DNA of 63,935 bases, counting the filler. It is 17 parts of 17 records of this genome, joined end to end, with 100 filler letters (N's around TTAATTAATTAA, not from the genome) between each part and the next. Parts side by side here need not be neighbours in the genome. Positions count along the whole stretch, not along the records: positions 1 to 2,266 come from SRR9670534_840; positions 2,367 to 4,552 come from SRR9670534_843; positions 4,653 to 6,711 come from SRR9670534_845; positions 6,812 to 10,623 come from SRR9670534_856; positions 10,724 to 16,648 come from SRR9670534_858; 12 more parts are not named here. One strand, given 5' to 3'. Position numbers and translations under genes: made by a program. Below, in pieces: positions 1 to 12,759 of the stretch; position 1 is the first letter of the stretch, and the number at the start of each line of letters is the position of its first letter. The notes under the pieces were generated by a model, which was given only the letters and a program-made list of their open reading frames with translations, was not told where the DNA came from and did no database searches.

Positions 1-147
1 GTAGAGTCTCTTTAAAATAAAATAAAAATATAGCTACGTATGTCACACTGTGACATTGTCATCACAGGAAAATTTCAGTTTTTTAAAAGAAAGGCGCAAA
101 TCCAACATTCTTTATTAATAATAATAATTTCATTTAATCATATTTAG

Positions 148-1064
148 CTCTTGAGCTGCTTGAACACAGAGGGAGATATGATTTGATGTACTATTATTTT
201 TTTTACTCCCGTTTTGATTATGTAAAGTTCTTTTCCCAAGTAAATATTACAACATTTGAAGACTTGGCTCAATTTTTCTATACTGCGGCACATAATAACA
301 GCAGCCCATATCATTACCTTGTCTATACCTATGACATTGCAAACACTAACAGAAAACAACCAATGGCAGAAACAATCACAGACGCACTTTATCTTTTCTT
401 TTATTATGTTTACTACTATAGGGATTACTGGGATGGCAATCTGGCCCGATTTCTTTTCTATTTTAGGTTCTTTAATGTACATAATCCTGAGTTGGACATT
501 CTTCGTAATCATATAACACAGATGTCGCAACTCATTTGTAACAACGAACACTTACTGGATGATACAGAAAAAGCATTTAGTCAGTATGGAATTAATGATA
601 CTCAAGAACGAATTACACTTGCAAAGCAAACAAACAAATTTTTCACGGTAAATAGATGTGTGAGCTTATCCAAATCATTTAGTAAATTGGCTGAGTTTGC
701 AGAAAACAGTGATGGTGTCAACAGGTATTCAGCGTCATGGGATATATACCTTAAAGCAACTGATGAGCTTTTCACTGCTATGAAACGGGAAGATCAAAGA
801 TTTCATGAATATACCCTTTGCTATCTCATCTTTCTACTCGATAACCCAATCAAGGAAGATTGGCAACATTGGCAAGATTGTCAATATCATGAATACAAGA
901 AAATGACGAGTGATGCACATTATGATTACAATGCACGCTACGGTTTGTATATTACAAGAATCCATGATGTTTCTCACAATGACATATTTGTTCAAAAGTA
1001 TTATAATTTCTACAGTTTTTCATATGTTTTGTCAATATTGGATGAAGCGTTATACTGGATATAA
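148..1064 (+). CDS. Orphan Tyr/Phe-rich protein, probably a terminal exon (about 305 aa)
   Basis: The frame is open from the tttag acceptor at 147 (..LELLEHRGRYDLMYYYFF..) to TAA at 1064, in very AT-rich DNA. No family recognised. Confidence 0.6.
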
Positions 1065-1529
1065 CAATAAATGAACTGCACTACAGCAACAGCTGTATGT
1101 TTCTAACAATAAGATGTAATAGTATATATATTTGTTATTACTAATAACAACAGTATTATTACAATTAGAAATTTACTATCATTTTATAAATGTTCAAAAC
1201 ATGTAACGAAAGATTTGATTACTGTAAAGCTGTCTTAATAATAAAACACACAGTTGTAAATAAAAATAGATGTAAGTCAGGGTTCATCTACAATAATTCA
1301 GTTATTATCTGACAATAAAAAGCGCGTTAAAATGAAAGAAGATACCATAGTATGACACTATTTCCAAATTTAACAAAATTCACAATAGTAATTTAAAATA
1401 ATAAAATTCATTTTGGTAGGATATAGCGATTATAATATATACTGCTACTAATATATGTAAACTGTTAGGGTTAAATATATGGATCAGATGTAAGGTAGAG
1501 AAGCTATTAAACCATGTAACAGTGTTACA

Positions 1530-2065
1530 GTAACACAGATGTAACAGCAATCAGTTACTCGAAGATACAGCAAAAGCATTTAGTCAGTATGGAATTAATG
1601 ACATTCAAAAATTAATTACACTTGTAAAGAAAACTAACAAATTTCTCACACAATACAGATGTGTGAGTTTTTATATACCTACTTAATAATAATGTTACCT
1701 ATGTCACCTTACAATTCAAAGATCCAATCAGGCAAGATTGTCAATATCATCATGATTATCATTGATTACTATCAATACTACAATAGCTTATTAAAAATAT
1801 TCCGTAATATTCTTCATAACCAATAGTTTTGTTAAATATATTCCGTAATATTCTTCATAACACCGTGCTTGTTTAAAACTATCATAATTTCTATAACTGT
1901 TCAATGAACAATGTTCATACCTTATAACATCAATGTTTGATGAATAATTATACTGGACTGAACAAATTTAGTGTAGCACGTGCTACAACAGCAGTTGTAT
2001 GATTTAAAGATATGATAGTATTTTTCTAATAATAATATTATTACAAATAGTACTTTACTATTAGT
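1530..2065 (+). pseudogene. Decayed tandem duplicate of the 3' half of the 148-1064 gene and its 3' flank
   Basis: 1561-1670 (gaagatacagcaaaagcatttagtcagtatggaattaatg..) matches 558-668. ggcaagattgtcaatatcat occurs at 871 and 1731. The tactgga..gcaacagc end is shared. The copy has deletions and stops. Confidence 0.85.
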
Positions 2066-2266
2066 TCTTCAGAAATTAAAGTTTAAAATTTGAACTTCAA
2101 ATGTTCAGAATCAGTGATTAAAGTTTTTTTACACGACTGACCTGAAAGTCATGTGATCGGTTTTCGTATCGGATTTCTATGTGAAATCATCAAGTGGGGG
2201 GGAATTTTTTACTGGCGACATATGCTTTCTATAATATTTGCGAATCTTGAATGTATACAATATGGT

Positions 2267-2366
2267 NNNNNNNNNNNNNNNNNNNNNNNNNNNNNNNNNN
2301 NNNNNNNNNNTTAATTAATTAANNNNNNNNNNNNNNNNNNNNNNNNNNNNNNNNNNNNNNNNNNNN
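2267..2366. other. Artificial contig linker (first of 16)
   Basis: Identical 100-nt spacers of N44-TTAATTAATTAA-N44 start at 2267, 4553, 6712, 10624, 16649, 19111, 22412, 26038, 29436, 36753, 39372, 43090, 45878, 56009, 59150 and 61398. Genes are truncated at them. Confidence 0.98.
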
Positions 2367-2451
2367 TTAGTTTTCAGACCTCTTGACAGCCTGCTATTAC
2401 GTAATACTGTAATTATTAAATGTCATAAAAAGCAATGTTTTGGTATAACTT

Positions 2452-3085
2452 TTAATTCGTTGGTACGGAAAAACCCTCAACAAAAACGTTGACAGCAACA
2501 ATCAATACAGATATAAGTGAAGCTGCACCATGCAATTTGTCTACAACTTCCAAGTTTTTCTTGACTTTTATATTCTTCGCCTGGGCCAAGACAGTAACAG
2601 AAGCATGTGCTATTTGAAGTACAATGGAAACACTTAACAAAATTATCACTGGGATGGTGAATTGGGTGTACGTTTCTCTGGCAATGTTAGCTTTGAAGGC
2701 TACTACATTTTTCATCAATAGTGCTAAGTCAAAGCAACCCTTGGAAATGTTGAGTTTTCGTTGAAATTTATTCATTTTTACGTCATTGTTGAAATCACTT
2801 CTATCTTCGTTCTGAGCTGGCTTTTCCTGAAAATGAAAAAAATTGAGTACTTTTTAGGTAATTTTATTTTAGAACAGATCATAATACTATAATAACATAA
2901 GTTATAATTTAATTTTACCAAAAGTGGTTTATCATCATCATCTGTCTGCTCTTCCCTTGGTAAATGTTTCTTCAGAGGTCCTGGAGAATCATCACCAGAG
3001 GTATCTGACAATTTTTCCTAAATCAAGTATAAAAAGAAGTTACCAAAAGAAATTATAAAAGTTTTGATGAATTAACAAATTTCAT
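2452..3085 (-). CDS. NINJ: Ninjurin A (exons 3085-3077, 3017-2919, 2827-2452)
   Basis: NKFQRKLNISKGCFDLALLMKN..LSVSIVLQI..LHGAASLISVLIVAVNVF matches the ninjurin domain. Phase-0 GT-AG introns join in frame. Confidence 0.88.
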
Positions 3086-3569
3086 TTTTGAACTAAATTA
3101 AATTTCATTTTATTAATTACAAGATTGCTTTATATTAACAAAATTTTAGCCGTTTTTATATTTACAAGGAATTAAAAAGGCAACACCTTTTTTCCAGCAG
3201 ACATTCTTTAATAATAATACAATCTCTATATTTCAAAAGAATAATGTTTATTAATATTATTATTAAGTTTTCGTCAAAATGTGCTCGTTATATATGACAA
3301 CAAAACGTGATTTTGCAGATTTAACAATAACAATTTCCGGATGAGCATTACTAATAATATTTTGAAATATATACCTAGTGATAAATATTATATTAATAAT
3401 AAAGTTGTTATGTGACAGTGTGTGGTCTATTTATGAAAATAAATATTCAAAATAAAACATAAAAAAAACCTGATGAAATTGATATTTGATTTTAATAACA
3501 CATGTATATCCTCTCCATAACAAATATGCATTACTCATACGTTATAAGTCATAAAATATCTTCCTAGTG

Positions 3570-3627
3570 CCCCATGCGGAAATTCCACAAAATATGGTAA
3601 TAGTCCCATGCGGAAATTCCACAAAAT
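3570..3627. repeat. Tandem duplication of cccatgcggaaattccacaaaat
   Basis: Two copies about 35 bp apart, between the two ninjurin genes. Confidence 0.85.
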
Positions 3628-3776
3628 CCATGTGTTTTTAATTAATAATACAACCTTTACAACTATTAACTGAAATAAATATTATGAATAAATATAAAAA
3701 ATTATAATGTATTTTGTTACTATTATTAAATTAATTTGACTATTAATAATAATAATAATAATATGTGCATTCTATT

Positions 3777-4360
3777 TTACGAACGAATTTTGGTTATATT
3801 TAAGACACATCCTTCATCTTCTCCACCACACAATTCATCAATAAATATATCTTTGTTTTTTTCGATAGGGTTTGACATTGCAACAATCATGATGTTGATC
3901 AAGACGATTATAAGAGTTATAATCGTGGCCGCTGACTGCAACTTATTCACCAAGATCAAATTCTTTCTATATTTCATGTTCTTTGAGGTGGCAACAAGCA
4001 GGATAAAGGCACCTGCAATTTGGAGTATAATTGATATGACTAACATGACCAACAGTGGCACATGAAACTTTTGGTATACTTCTTGCCCATGGTCTATGAC
4101 ATTCCTTAATTCTGATGCATTTTTTAGCAGCAACAAAGCATCAAAGCATCCCTTGGTGATGTTAACCTTACGGTGGAAAGCATTCATTTTTATATCGTGG
4201 TTAAAATCAGCATCTTTTTCCTAAAAGATAAGAAATATTTAAAAATGCTGATGCAGGTACTCCTTACTGGTTTTGAAGGTCCTTCTTCAGCTATAGAAGT
4301 AGAACTTGACTTGCCTGTACTTTCACTCACAAAGGAGTCTTTTGTCAGAGTTCGTGCATT
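3777..4360 (-). CDS. NINJ: Ninjurin B, tandem paralogue (first exon not located)
   Basis: NAFHRKVNITKGCFDALLLLKNASEL..ISIILQI..LQSAATIITLIIVLINI. Its intron is in the same position as in ninjurin A. Confidence 0.88.
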
Positions 4361-4652
4361 CTATAATGATATATTTTATAATATTTATTGAAATATACCT
4401 AATGTATTATTATTAATAATGATTCTTAATAAAATCCAATTGCTATAACATTTAAATGTTATTAATAACCTTTTGCGCTTATTAAATCTTAATAATATAT
4501 ATTATTAATATTTAAATGTATTATAATATGTAATATTATTATATTTATTATTNNNNNNNNNNNNNNNNNNNNNNNNNNNNNNNNNNNNNNNNNNNNTTAA
4601 TTAATTAANNNNNNNNNNNNNNNNNNNNNNNNNNNNNNNNNNNNNNNNNNNN

Positions 4653-5554
4653 TCTGCTGGTGCTTCTCCTTCTGCTGCCTTTTTACTTGGTGTTTCTCCT
4701 TCTGGGGCAGGTTCTCCTGGAATAACTGGAACATCTCCTGCAGTCCATGCAGGATCCTCGGGTGGTGGCAACCATTCACGATCGTACAACATTCCAATGA
4801 TTATCAAGGTAACGATGAAAGCAGCTGCTATGGTCAACTAAAGGCATTAAGAAGTTAAGTATTCCGTATTTGCGCATTATTAAAGAGTGTTCTTGACTTA
4901 CACATTCAACAAAGAATCCCTCCGCCGCAATAACGCATGCACCAGCTATGGAATTTAAGTTACCTAAACCATATTGCCTTTTCTTGCGAAATCCCACACC
5001 ATATCCTCCACCGCCTTCACTTGATGGAATACCAGCCTTTCTAACATTCATCATCGCCAATAATAGCAACAGTGCCAACGAAAGCAGCTCGAAAAAAATT
5101 AGCTACAAATGAGCACCATCTTTCTTGATCAGTGATAAATATTACAATATTTATTAATAATTAATAAGATTTAATGTAAACACAAGCCATTTAATAATAA
5201 CTGAAGAAATAAGGAAAATTACTACAGTTATAGGCATACCTTTTGTCGAAAATTCTTAGGAGTTCTAAAACAATCAGTCTTTTTGCTAAAGATGCAGCAC
5301 CAATAACAGTTCATTGCTCCCAATCCAAGTCCAATCAATATAGTCAACATTTGAGCAGCTGCTACTTCTTTAAAACTTTTGAAATAACCTTTACACCAAA
5401 TCGAACCGCACCAAAAAGTTAAACCTACCATCCCAAACTGCAATATCTACAAAGAGAAACGGTTTCCCTATGGATATGAACTGCAGAAACTTACAGCTAT
5501 GGCAATTTTCATCATCATAATGGGCTTCGTTGTAATTTTTGTAAAATCTGGCAT
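4653..5554 (-). CDS. Four-TM MARVEL-like protein, 3' end truncated (4 exons)
   Basis: Spliced product MPDFTKITTKPIMMMKIAIA|ILQFGMVGLTFW..|LIFFELLSLALLLLLAMM..FFVEC|LTIAAAFIVTLIIIGMLYDREWLP.. gives four hydrophobic helices and a Pro/Glu tail. The MARVEL assignment rests on pattern only. Confidence 0.65.
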
Positions 5555-5721
5555 TTTCGTAAGTTTTTTGGAAAAAAATACAAGTTTACAGAAAAAGTTT
5601 GAAACAACGAAAACGCTTTATTTTGCAAAGCGTTTTTAACAATATGGTTTAGGCTAATAAGGAAGTTTTTATTATGACTCATACAATAAGAAAGCAAAGC
5701 TAAATATTAAGATAACTTCTG

Positions 5722-5943
5722 TTATTGTTGCTGTTGTTCCTCTACTGGTGCACCTTCAATCGATTGAATCGAACCGGGTTCTGCAGGCTTCATCGATTGA
5801 CTTGGTTGATCGGGTTCCATAATGGGGATCAATGGAACACCCTCATCCCACCATGCAGCATTCTCAGGAGATGGTAACCATTCACGGGTGTACAAGAAGC
5901 CAACAGTAATTAAATGAATCAGAAAAACAACAAATCCGAAAAG
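5722..5943 (-). CDS. Terminal exon of a tandem paralogue of the tetraspan gene
   Basis: LFGFVVFLIHLITVGFLYTREWLPSPENAAWWDEGVPLIP..EEQQQQ* aligns with GMLYDREWLPPPEDPAWTAGDVPVIP. It has the same phase-0 acceptor. Confidence 0.75.
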   Translation of the reverse strand, partial: LFGFVVFLIHLITVGFLYTREWLPSPENAAWWDEGVPLIPIMEPDQPSQSMKPAEPGSIQSIEGAPVEEQQQQ

Positions 5944-5957
5944 CTAAAAAACAAAAT

Positions 5958-6138
5958 CAAAATGTCACGTGACAAGTAGAAATGCATGACGATCGTCATC
6001 GACTGAAAATGTCACGTGACAAATAGAAATGCATGACTCATCGTTCCCGCTCGACTGTAAACGGTTTTTAATCGAAACTACTACAGTCGAGCAGGAACGA
6101 TGACGATCGTCATACATTAATATTGGTCACGTGACATC
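5958..6138. mobile_element. Foldback/MITE-like element with nested palindromes
   Basis: Direct repeat aaatgtcacgtgacaa.tagaaatgcatgac (x2). Inverted pair tcatcgttcccgctcgactgta / tacagtcgagcaggaacgatga. Outer atgtcacgtgac..gtcacgtgacat. Confidence 0.7.
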
Positions 6139-9100
6139 CCGACAGCCAGTCAATGACCGTTATGATTTCAGTTCAACAAATTATACCAACAAAATGATAT
6201 ATTTTAATACCTATTAATTAACTATTCTAAAATAGCACTTGTTAATAATTGTTACAGGTACTTACAATTAGTATCTTATTAATTTCTTATAGCGTAGAGA
6301 TTACTTATTAAAATAAAATGGTAAAAAAAATAAAAGTGATGTAAATAAATAATAATAAAACAAATTAATTAATATTTCATAATTAGTAAAATAAATTAAT
6401 AAAATAATAAAACTAATGCAATAAAATCTGTATGCTATTTTATAATAAATATACCTATAAATATTATTATTCAATTTTAAACATAATACTAATTATTAAA
6501 TATGTAATTAGCAAATAAAATAAATATGAAAAAGAACTAGTTATTAATAATGTAAATGTAATATGTACCTAATAATTATAATATACATTCAATGTACCTA
6601 TTATAATAATTACAAGCTGTAATGTTCCTATATTTATATTATGTCACTGATCAATTTATTAATATCTGACAAAAAATATTTAAATTTACATATTTAATAT
6701 TTTTGCATATTNNNNNNNNNNNNNNNNNNNNNNNNNNNNNNNNNNNNNNNNNNNNTTAATTAATTAANNNNNNNNNNNNNNNNNNNNNNNNNNNNNNNNN
6801 NNNNNNNNNNNTTATTTCGCAAATGGGACAGCTTGCTTGCCTACTATGCGATGTGGATGGCCACTTCATGAAGTGGACAATTTTGCATCTGAGGCATAGT
6901 ACAGACATAAGCATTTATCACACATTATGCTAATTTAGACTATAAATGCAAGTTACTAAAGTTTTGCTTGTTACTGGTTATCATAACATAATGTTATTAT
7001 TAATGTTAGGACCCCTAATTTTTTAATGGAGAACCCTAATTTTATAATCTTCCCACCAACATTAGTGTTACTGTTGAAGTAGTTTTGAAACTTCATTTCT
7101 ACTTAAAATGGAGTCTGTCTAATTTGTATATGAATCTCTCTAATTCATATATGAATATGTAAAATCATTGACTAATGTTATGAAGAATACTTTTTCATTG
7201 TGGTATAGTAACAATATTTTTATAGAATGTAAAAAATCAACAAATCAACAAAGCATATAATTTCTATATGCTTAGAAGTGAATCATTCACTGTAAATGAT
7301 TTTGTATTTTTTAAAAGTAACCTTTATAAACTGCAACAATCTAATTACAGTTTTGTAATTGTGTCAACTTGAAATTATGGTAGAATAATACAGTGTAATT
7401 TTTAATTTTTTAACAAATTGTATAAATTTGTGATGAAGTTAAAAAGGCAAAATTACAATCAAAGGCAGAAACTTTCTTTTAATTTGATAGAATGTGATTA
7501 TAAACTTTAGCGAATTACCTATATACAAAGCATTTATAACTAAACTATTTCAAGCAATCGTCTATAAATCATAGACTATGATAGTGTTTATTGCTATTGC
7601 TTTTGATATTTGCTATTGATTTTTAATAACTAAACTTTAATTATTAATAATAATAGAGTATAATAAGTATTTAATTTAAGTTTCAAAATCAAAGTTATAT
7701 ATTGATTGATTTAGAAGAACACTTTTCAATTGAAATGTCATATTGCTATATACCTTGATATTATAAATGTCATATTGGTATATACCTTGAATTATTACAT
7801 ATATTCAAGAGTTTAGAAATTTGAAAAAGATGTCGCTGATAGCAAATTTTAAAAAGGCTGGTACAGAGCAAACAAAGGCGTCAGTGGGAAAAGGCAACTC
7901 ATCGCCTGGTGTAGTCTACAAGGTGTATCAATTACAATATAAACTTCATACAAAAACAACAAGTTGTTTTAACAAAAAATAATCATATCGTTGAGAAGAT
8001 ATGCAAATTAGAAAAAGGCTAATTACAATCTACATTGAGTCTATTTGTTTTATCACAGTGATTTGACTTTCCTGGGAGTAAACCTATGAGGACCTTAAGA
8101 TAGTATTCTTTTATTTTTGAAACCCATTAGTATTTTTTTAAATTTTAGGGTTAATTAACTTGAATTAAATGTAGAAGATTAAAACTTTATTAACATCAGA
8201 ATAGAGTAAACTTTTTCGTTTATAATACTTTATTAATATGGAAAAATGCATACTATGCATTGCATAGTACTGTAACATGCGAAAAACATGAAGTTGTTTA
8301 CACAGATTTTTTATCTATGTACTATTATTTCAAAACTTGTCCTGAAGCTAAATTTAATAACCTGAGAATTCAATTAATTTAGACGAATTATTTAAAACAT
8401 TATTAACTTTCCGAATAAATGTCATTTATTATTATTAAACGAACGTACATGATTAATAATAATAATAGGAGAAATAACAATGAACTTGTATATACTATAT
8501 AACATATGGGGCAATTGAAAATTATTAATTTTTATTAAAACGTATCATCTTTCATTTTCAACACTATTTTTCAACCTAAATTTGGGAAAATAATTGTTTG
8601 GTGTTATTATTACGAGCAATTTTCCTAGGGCAAACATACCTGTTTACCTACTCAAACAACAAAACAACAAACAATAGCCATTGTTGTTATATGAGAGACT
8701 CTCATTGAGAGTGCTTCATTGAAAGAGCTTAAATGTATGTTATTGTTAGAATACCCAGCCAAAGATGCCAGCCAGCAGGTGAGAATAAAAAATCGATAAT
8801 TTGTTTTATTTTGTGTACAGTGATGGTTTTTCATTTCAATTTACTGTTTATAACAAATAAATCAATAATAATCTGTACTATTTTGTTTTGTTATTCGAAT
8901 ATAACCACTCTAGAAATTTTTAGACCAATCACTTCACAGAGTTTTCACTTATAAGCGAAGGTTAAAAGCCTTTTTAAGTTAGCAACAGTATATTAAATGT
9001 GTAAAAATTGAAAAAGATGTCGCTGCTGTCTTAATGTTTCATAGACCACATCATCAAAGCGGAAGGCCCTATGACAATAGCTAAATTATCGCTGGATGTA

Positions 9101-10440
9101 GAATTAAATTCTCCAGCGAATGCTTATTAAGAGAAGGAGAGGAATACTAACCTATAGTACAGAAATTGATTTGATCTCAGAAGGTATGCAAATTAAATGT
9201 TCTCAAACTACTACTGATGTAGGATGTTTAATTGAGCTGAAGATGATCTGTTTAAGTTTGGTGGGGATTTTTGTCCTGGGGTTAGGCGACATGTACCTTT
9301 TAAAAGGTACAACCCTATATATACTACTTTGTATTTTTGATACCCTTCATAGGGTTAACTTGTTCATATTTGTTTTCAAATGAATGATTGTTTTACCATT
9401 TTAAATAAATAATTTTGAATAAATTCAGTATTTAAATTAATAAAAATAGCTTAATTGTAGTTGCTACATTAATTCATTTTTGTTTATCATTTATGTAATT
9501 TATATGAAATTAGGATGATATTATGCCAATGCCATACTATTATTGTTATTGTATTTTTTGATATAAATAAGATATAATTATAATATGTTTAAATTCTATC
9601 TTATATTAATAATAATAATTAATATAATAGTTATGTTATTTCAATAAACGTTATTATTAATTTACTTTATAATTATATTGTACATTAAGAAGTAACATTT
9701 TATTATAGTTCATTAATGCACTTGTATTACATATTTATGATTTTACCTGTATTACATATTTATAATTGATTATGATCTAGAAGTCTGCTCATGTTTATTA
9801 TTTATCCTGTACGTGACATAGTGCCCTACAGTAATAACAGGTACTAAGTGCCAATAAGTAAAATGAAATAGCCTATTGGCAATAGGCAATACTTATACTA
9901 TATTATAACAATATGTCACTGTACAAAGGTTACTATAGCAATGAGTAAAGAACCGGTTATTGAATAGACATTAGTCATACAGTAATTATTCTGGTAGCTT
10001 GAATAGCAATACAGGTTATCCCTATTATTAATCAATAACTATACTTGGTACAGTACATCATAGTGTAGTGTTTATAACTTATTGTAAATTGAATGTTACA
10101 TTCAACAGTGGAAAAATTTGAAAAAAGGCTGATACAGAACATTATACGCCCATGCTAAGTTCCATAGTACTGTATAAATATTGTTAATATCACACAGAAA
10201 GTTTTTTATTGCACAAAGTTTTGGTTAGTAAACCCATATTAGTAGTGTTGAATATAATAATAGTAATAATAATGCAAGCCAAACAAAAATAAGTTTAAAC
10301 TCAGACGTAACAAATAATGACAATTTTTACACCATATGAGATTAAATATAAAGATATAATATAACCGTTATATTACAACGTGATATGAGAATATAACGAT
10401 ATATTCAATATATTATATTGTCGGCAATGCAGATAGCATT

Positions 10441-10522
10441 AAAAAGGCTTTAATTAAACGTCAAGGCTTTAATTAAAAGTTTTAATTAAAAGCTTTAATT
10501 AAAGGCTTTAATTAAAAGCCAA
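10441..10522. repeat. Minisatellite of unit aaggctttaattaa, about 6 copies
   Basis: Read directly from the sequence. Confidence 0.85.
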
Positions 10523-11349
10523 GGCTTTAATTAAAAGTCAAGGAATCGCAAATGCATTTGAAATACACTAAAAGGCATAACATTTAATATTAATAATAAT
10601 AATAGTGATATATATTAAGATAANNNNNNNNNNNNNNNNNNNNNNNNNNNNNNNNNNNNNNNNNNNNTTAATTAATTAANNNNNNNNNNNNNNNNNNNNN
10701 NNNNNNNNNNNNNNNNNNNNNNNGGGCAATTTCGCATCTGGGGCATAACAATTGTATAGGTATGTGTTGTATAAGTTATAAAATACAAATAAAACCAATA
10801 ATTTTAAAAAACAAGGTATGGATGATGCCATCAACTCCGGGAATTATTCGAACGTACCAAATACCATATATATTGAAATACCTATCTTTTCTATCTTTTC
10901 AAGCATATTTTATAATAGAATAATATTCATAGAACCAAATGCAAAGGTTTATCTCCATGATTGCCATGAAATTTGTGGAAACATAAATCATATGTAATTA
11001 TTCTGAATACTAATTTTCAGAAGCTGCCAAACCTTGGCGAACTAATTTATTTATGACCATATGATATTATCCAGCAGTGAATAATTAGAGCTAAATTTGA
11101 AATGAACATCTTATTATAATACAATGAATGAAGGTTCTGGTGCTTCAGAAGCATTGCTTCTATTTTTCCTGGTATAGTAATTTTGTTAATAATAACGATG
11201 TCTCATTAGTTAGTACTTGTCCTTATGTGCATATTTGTTACTATAGTAGATCATTAGTGATATTGATTCAGCATATTATAAACGTCTATTTGACTAAATT
11301 TTATTTCTTATGAGAAAATTTGGGGTTTACTTGATTCCCTCTTCAAGAT

Positions 11350-11898
11350 ATGGGCCTAAAGCATACCAAAGCAAAAATTGAAGTATTTGAAAATGGACAT
11401 CATAAACTTTTGCCATTCACCATAAAACAAATGAATTTGCTCACAGCGTCATGGAGTAAAATGAACATCGAGCATTTGGGATTTTTTTCCTTTGTCAGAA
11501 TCTTTGAAGCTGAACCTGATATTCAAAATCTCTTTCCACAGTTTAAAGGAAAGTCAAAGAAAGAATTAGTATCTTCAAAATGTGTTCGAAATCATGGAAA
11601 GAAATTTTTTGACGTAGTCTATGATGTCATTTTGTCTTTAGAAAGTAATGAAGGTTTGGAGAATGAAAAAGAACAGTTAATAAAGTTAGGTGCTGATCAC
11701 TACGCACATGGACCATTTAAGCCATGTTATTTTGATATTTTTTATTTCTCCATTATATCTGAATTGAATGAGGTAGAAGAAGACAATGAAACTATAGCTT
11801 CTTGGTCAATAATTCTACGCTTCATAATCAGTTACCTTCAAATAGGATATTTGGAAAAAGCGGAAGAAGAAACAGACAGTATCAAGGTTCTTTATTAA
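11350..11898 (+). CDS. Intronless globin with N-terminal extension (globin X-like, predicted myristoylated)
   Basis: A-helix W (ASW), CD1 Phe (NLFPQF), distal E7 His (RNHGKKF), proximal F8 His (LGADH), and the start MGLKHTK. Confidence 0.9.
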   Translation: MGLKHTKAKIEVFENGHHKLLPFTIKQMNLLTASWSKMNIEHLGFFSFVRIFEAEPDIQNLFPQFKGKSKKELVSSKCVRNHGKKFFDVVYDVILSLESNEGLENEKEQLIKLGADHYAHGPFKPCYFDIFYFSIISELNEVEEDNETIASWSIILRFIISYLQIGYLEKAEEETDSIKVLY

Positions 11899-12759
11899 TG
11901 TAACTGGGCTAAGTTTTTGGCAAAATAATAAAATTATATTAATATTAATTACTAAATTGCATTACTACTGATAAATTTACAAATAGTCTCTCGGGTGCTG
12001 GCATGTGACATGATGTGCCATTTTTTTCGTTGCACATAAACATAACAGGTTACTACAATGTGAAATTACAAATGATAATAATGTTACAAGAAAAGTGGTT
12101 TTTGATGGCCCATTTTCAACCGGGTTTTTGAAATATCTTTATCAATAATTATTCATAAAACTCAAAATTATTGTAATAAAACAATTGTATCGATACTTGA
12201 CGCAGTTAAAATAAAGCAGTAGTGTAGCGTTTTTGCATGACAAGAAAGCGTTTTTATGAAGAATAGATATGAAATTGGGCACCAGCCTATTAAATAATCT
12301 CATGACGGTAGTCACTAAACAGTTTTTCTCGAATAAATTTGAATTTCTTAATGTAAGAAAACTTGTTAGTACAACTTACCTATTGCAATAAAATAATTGC
12401 TATAAGATTTATGAAAGAAAAAAGATGTCACTAATAAATTTTAGGTAAATTGGCGCGAAAAGTAATTTGTTTGTTATTGTAAGTATACGTAAATGATGGC
12501 AATGTTTATAGATATTATTAAATTAAAATGGAAGTTGATAAAATAGAATGGTTGTGAAAATAGCGTTTTATTAATAGATTGATTGATGGTGTACAAATAT
12601 TAATAATTATAAATATATATTAATAGATTGGTAGTGTACAGATATCAGTAGATTGTAGTGTTTAAAGAAGGTGTTGTATTTGTATCAATTTGAAAAAATA
12701 TATTATATAATAAAAATACTTATTTATATTTTTACTAAGGTGAAGTAGAGATAACAATG

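Noticed and set aside
2311-2322. TTAATTAATTAA recurring between N runs
   Set aside because: It is an assembly linker. Gene adjacency across linkers has no biological meaning.
8652-9383. Short ORFs on the gene-free contig
   Set aside because: They have no motifs and no coherent exon structure.
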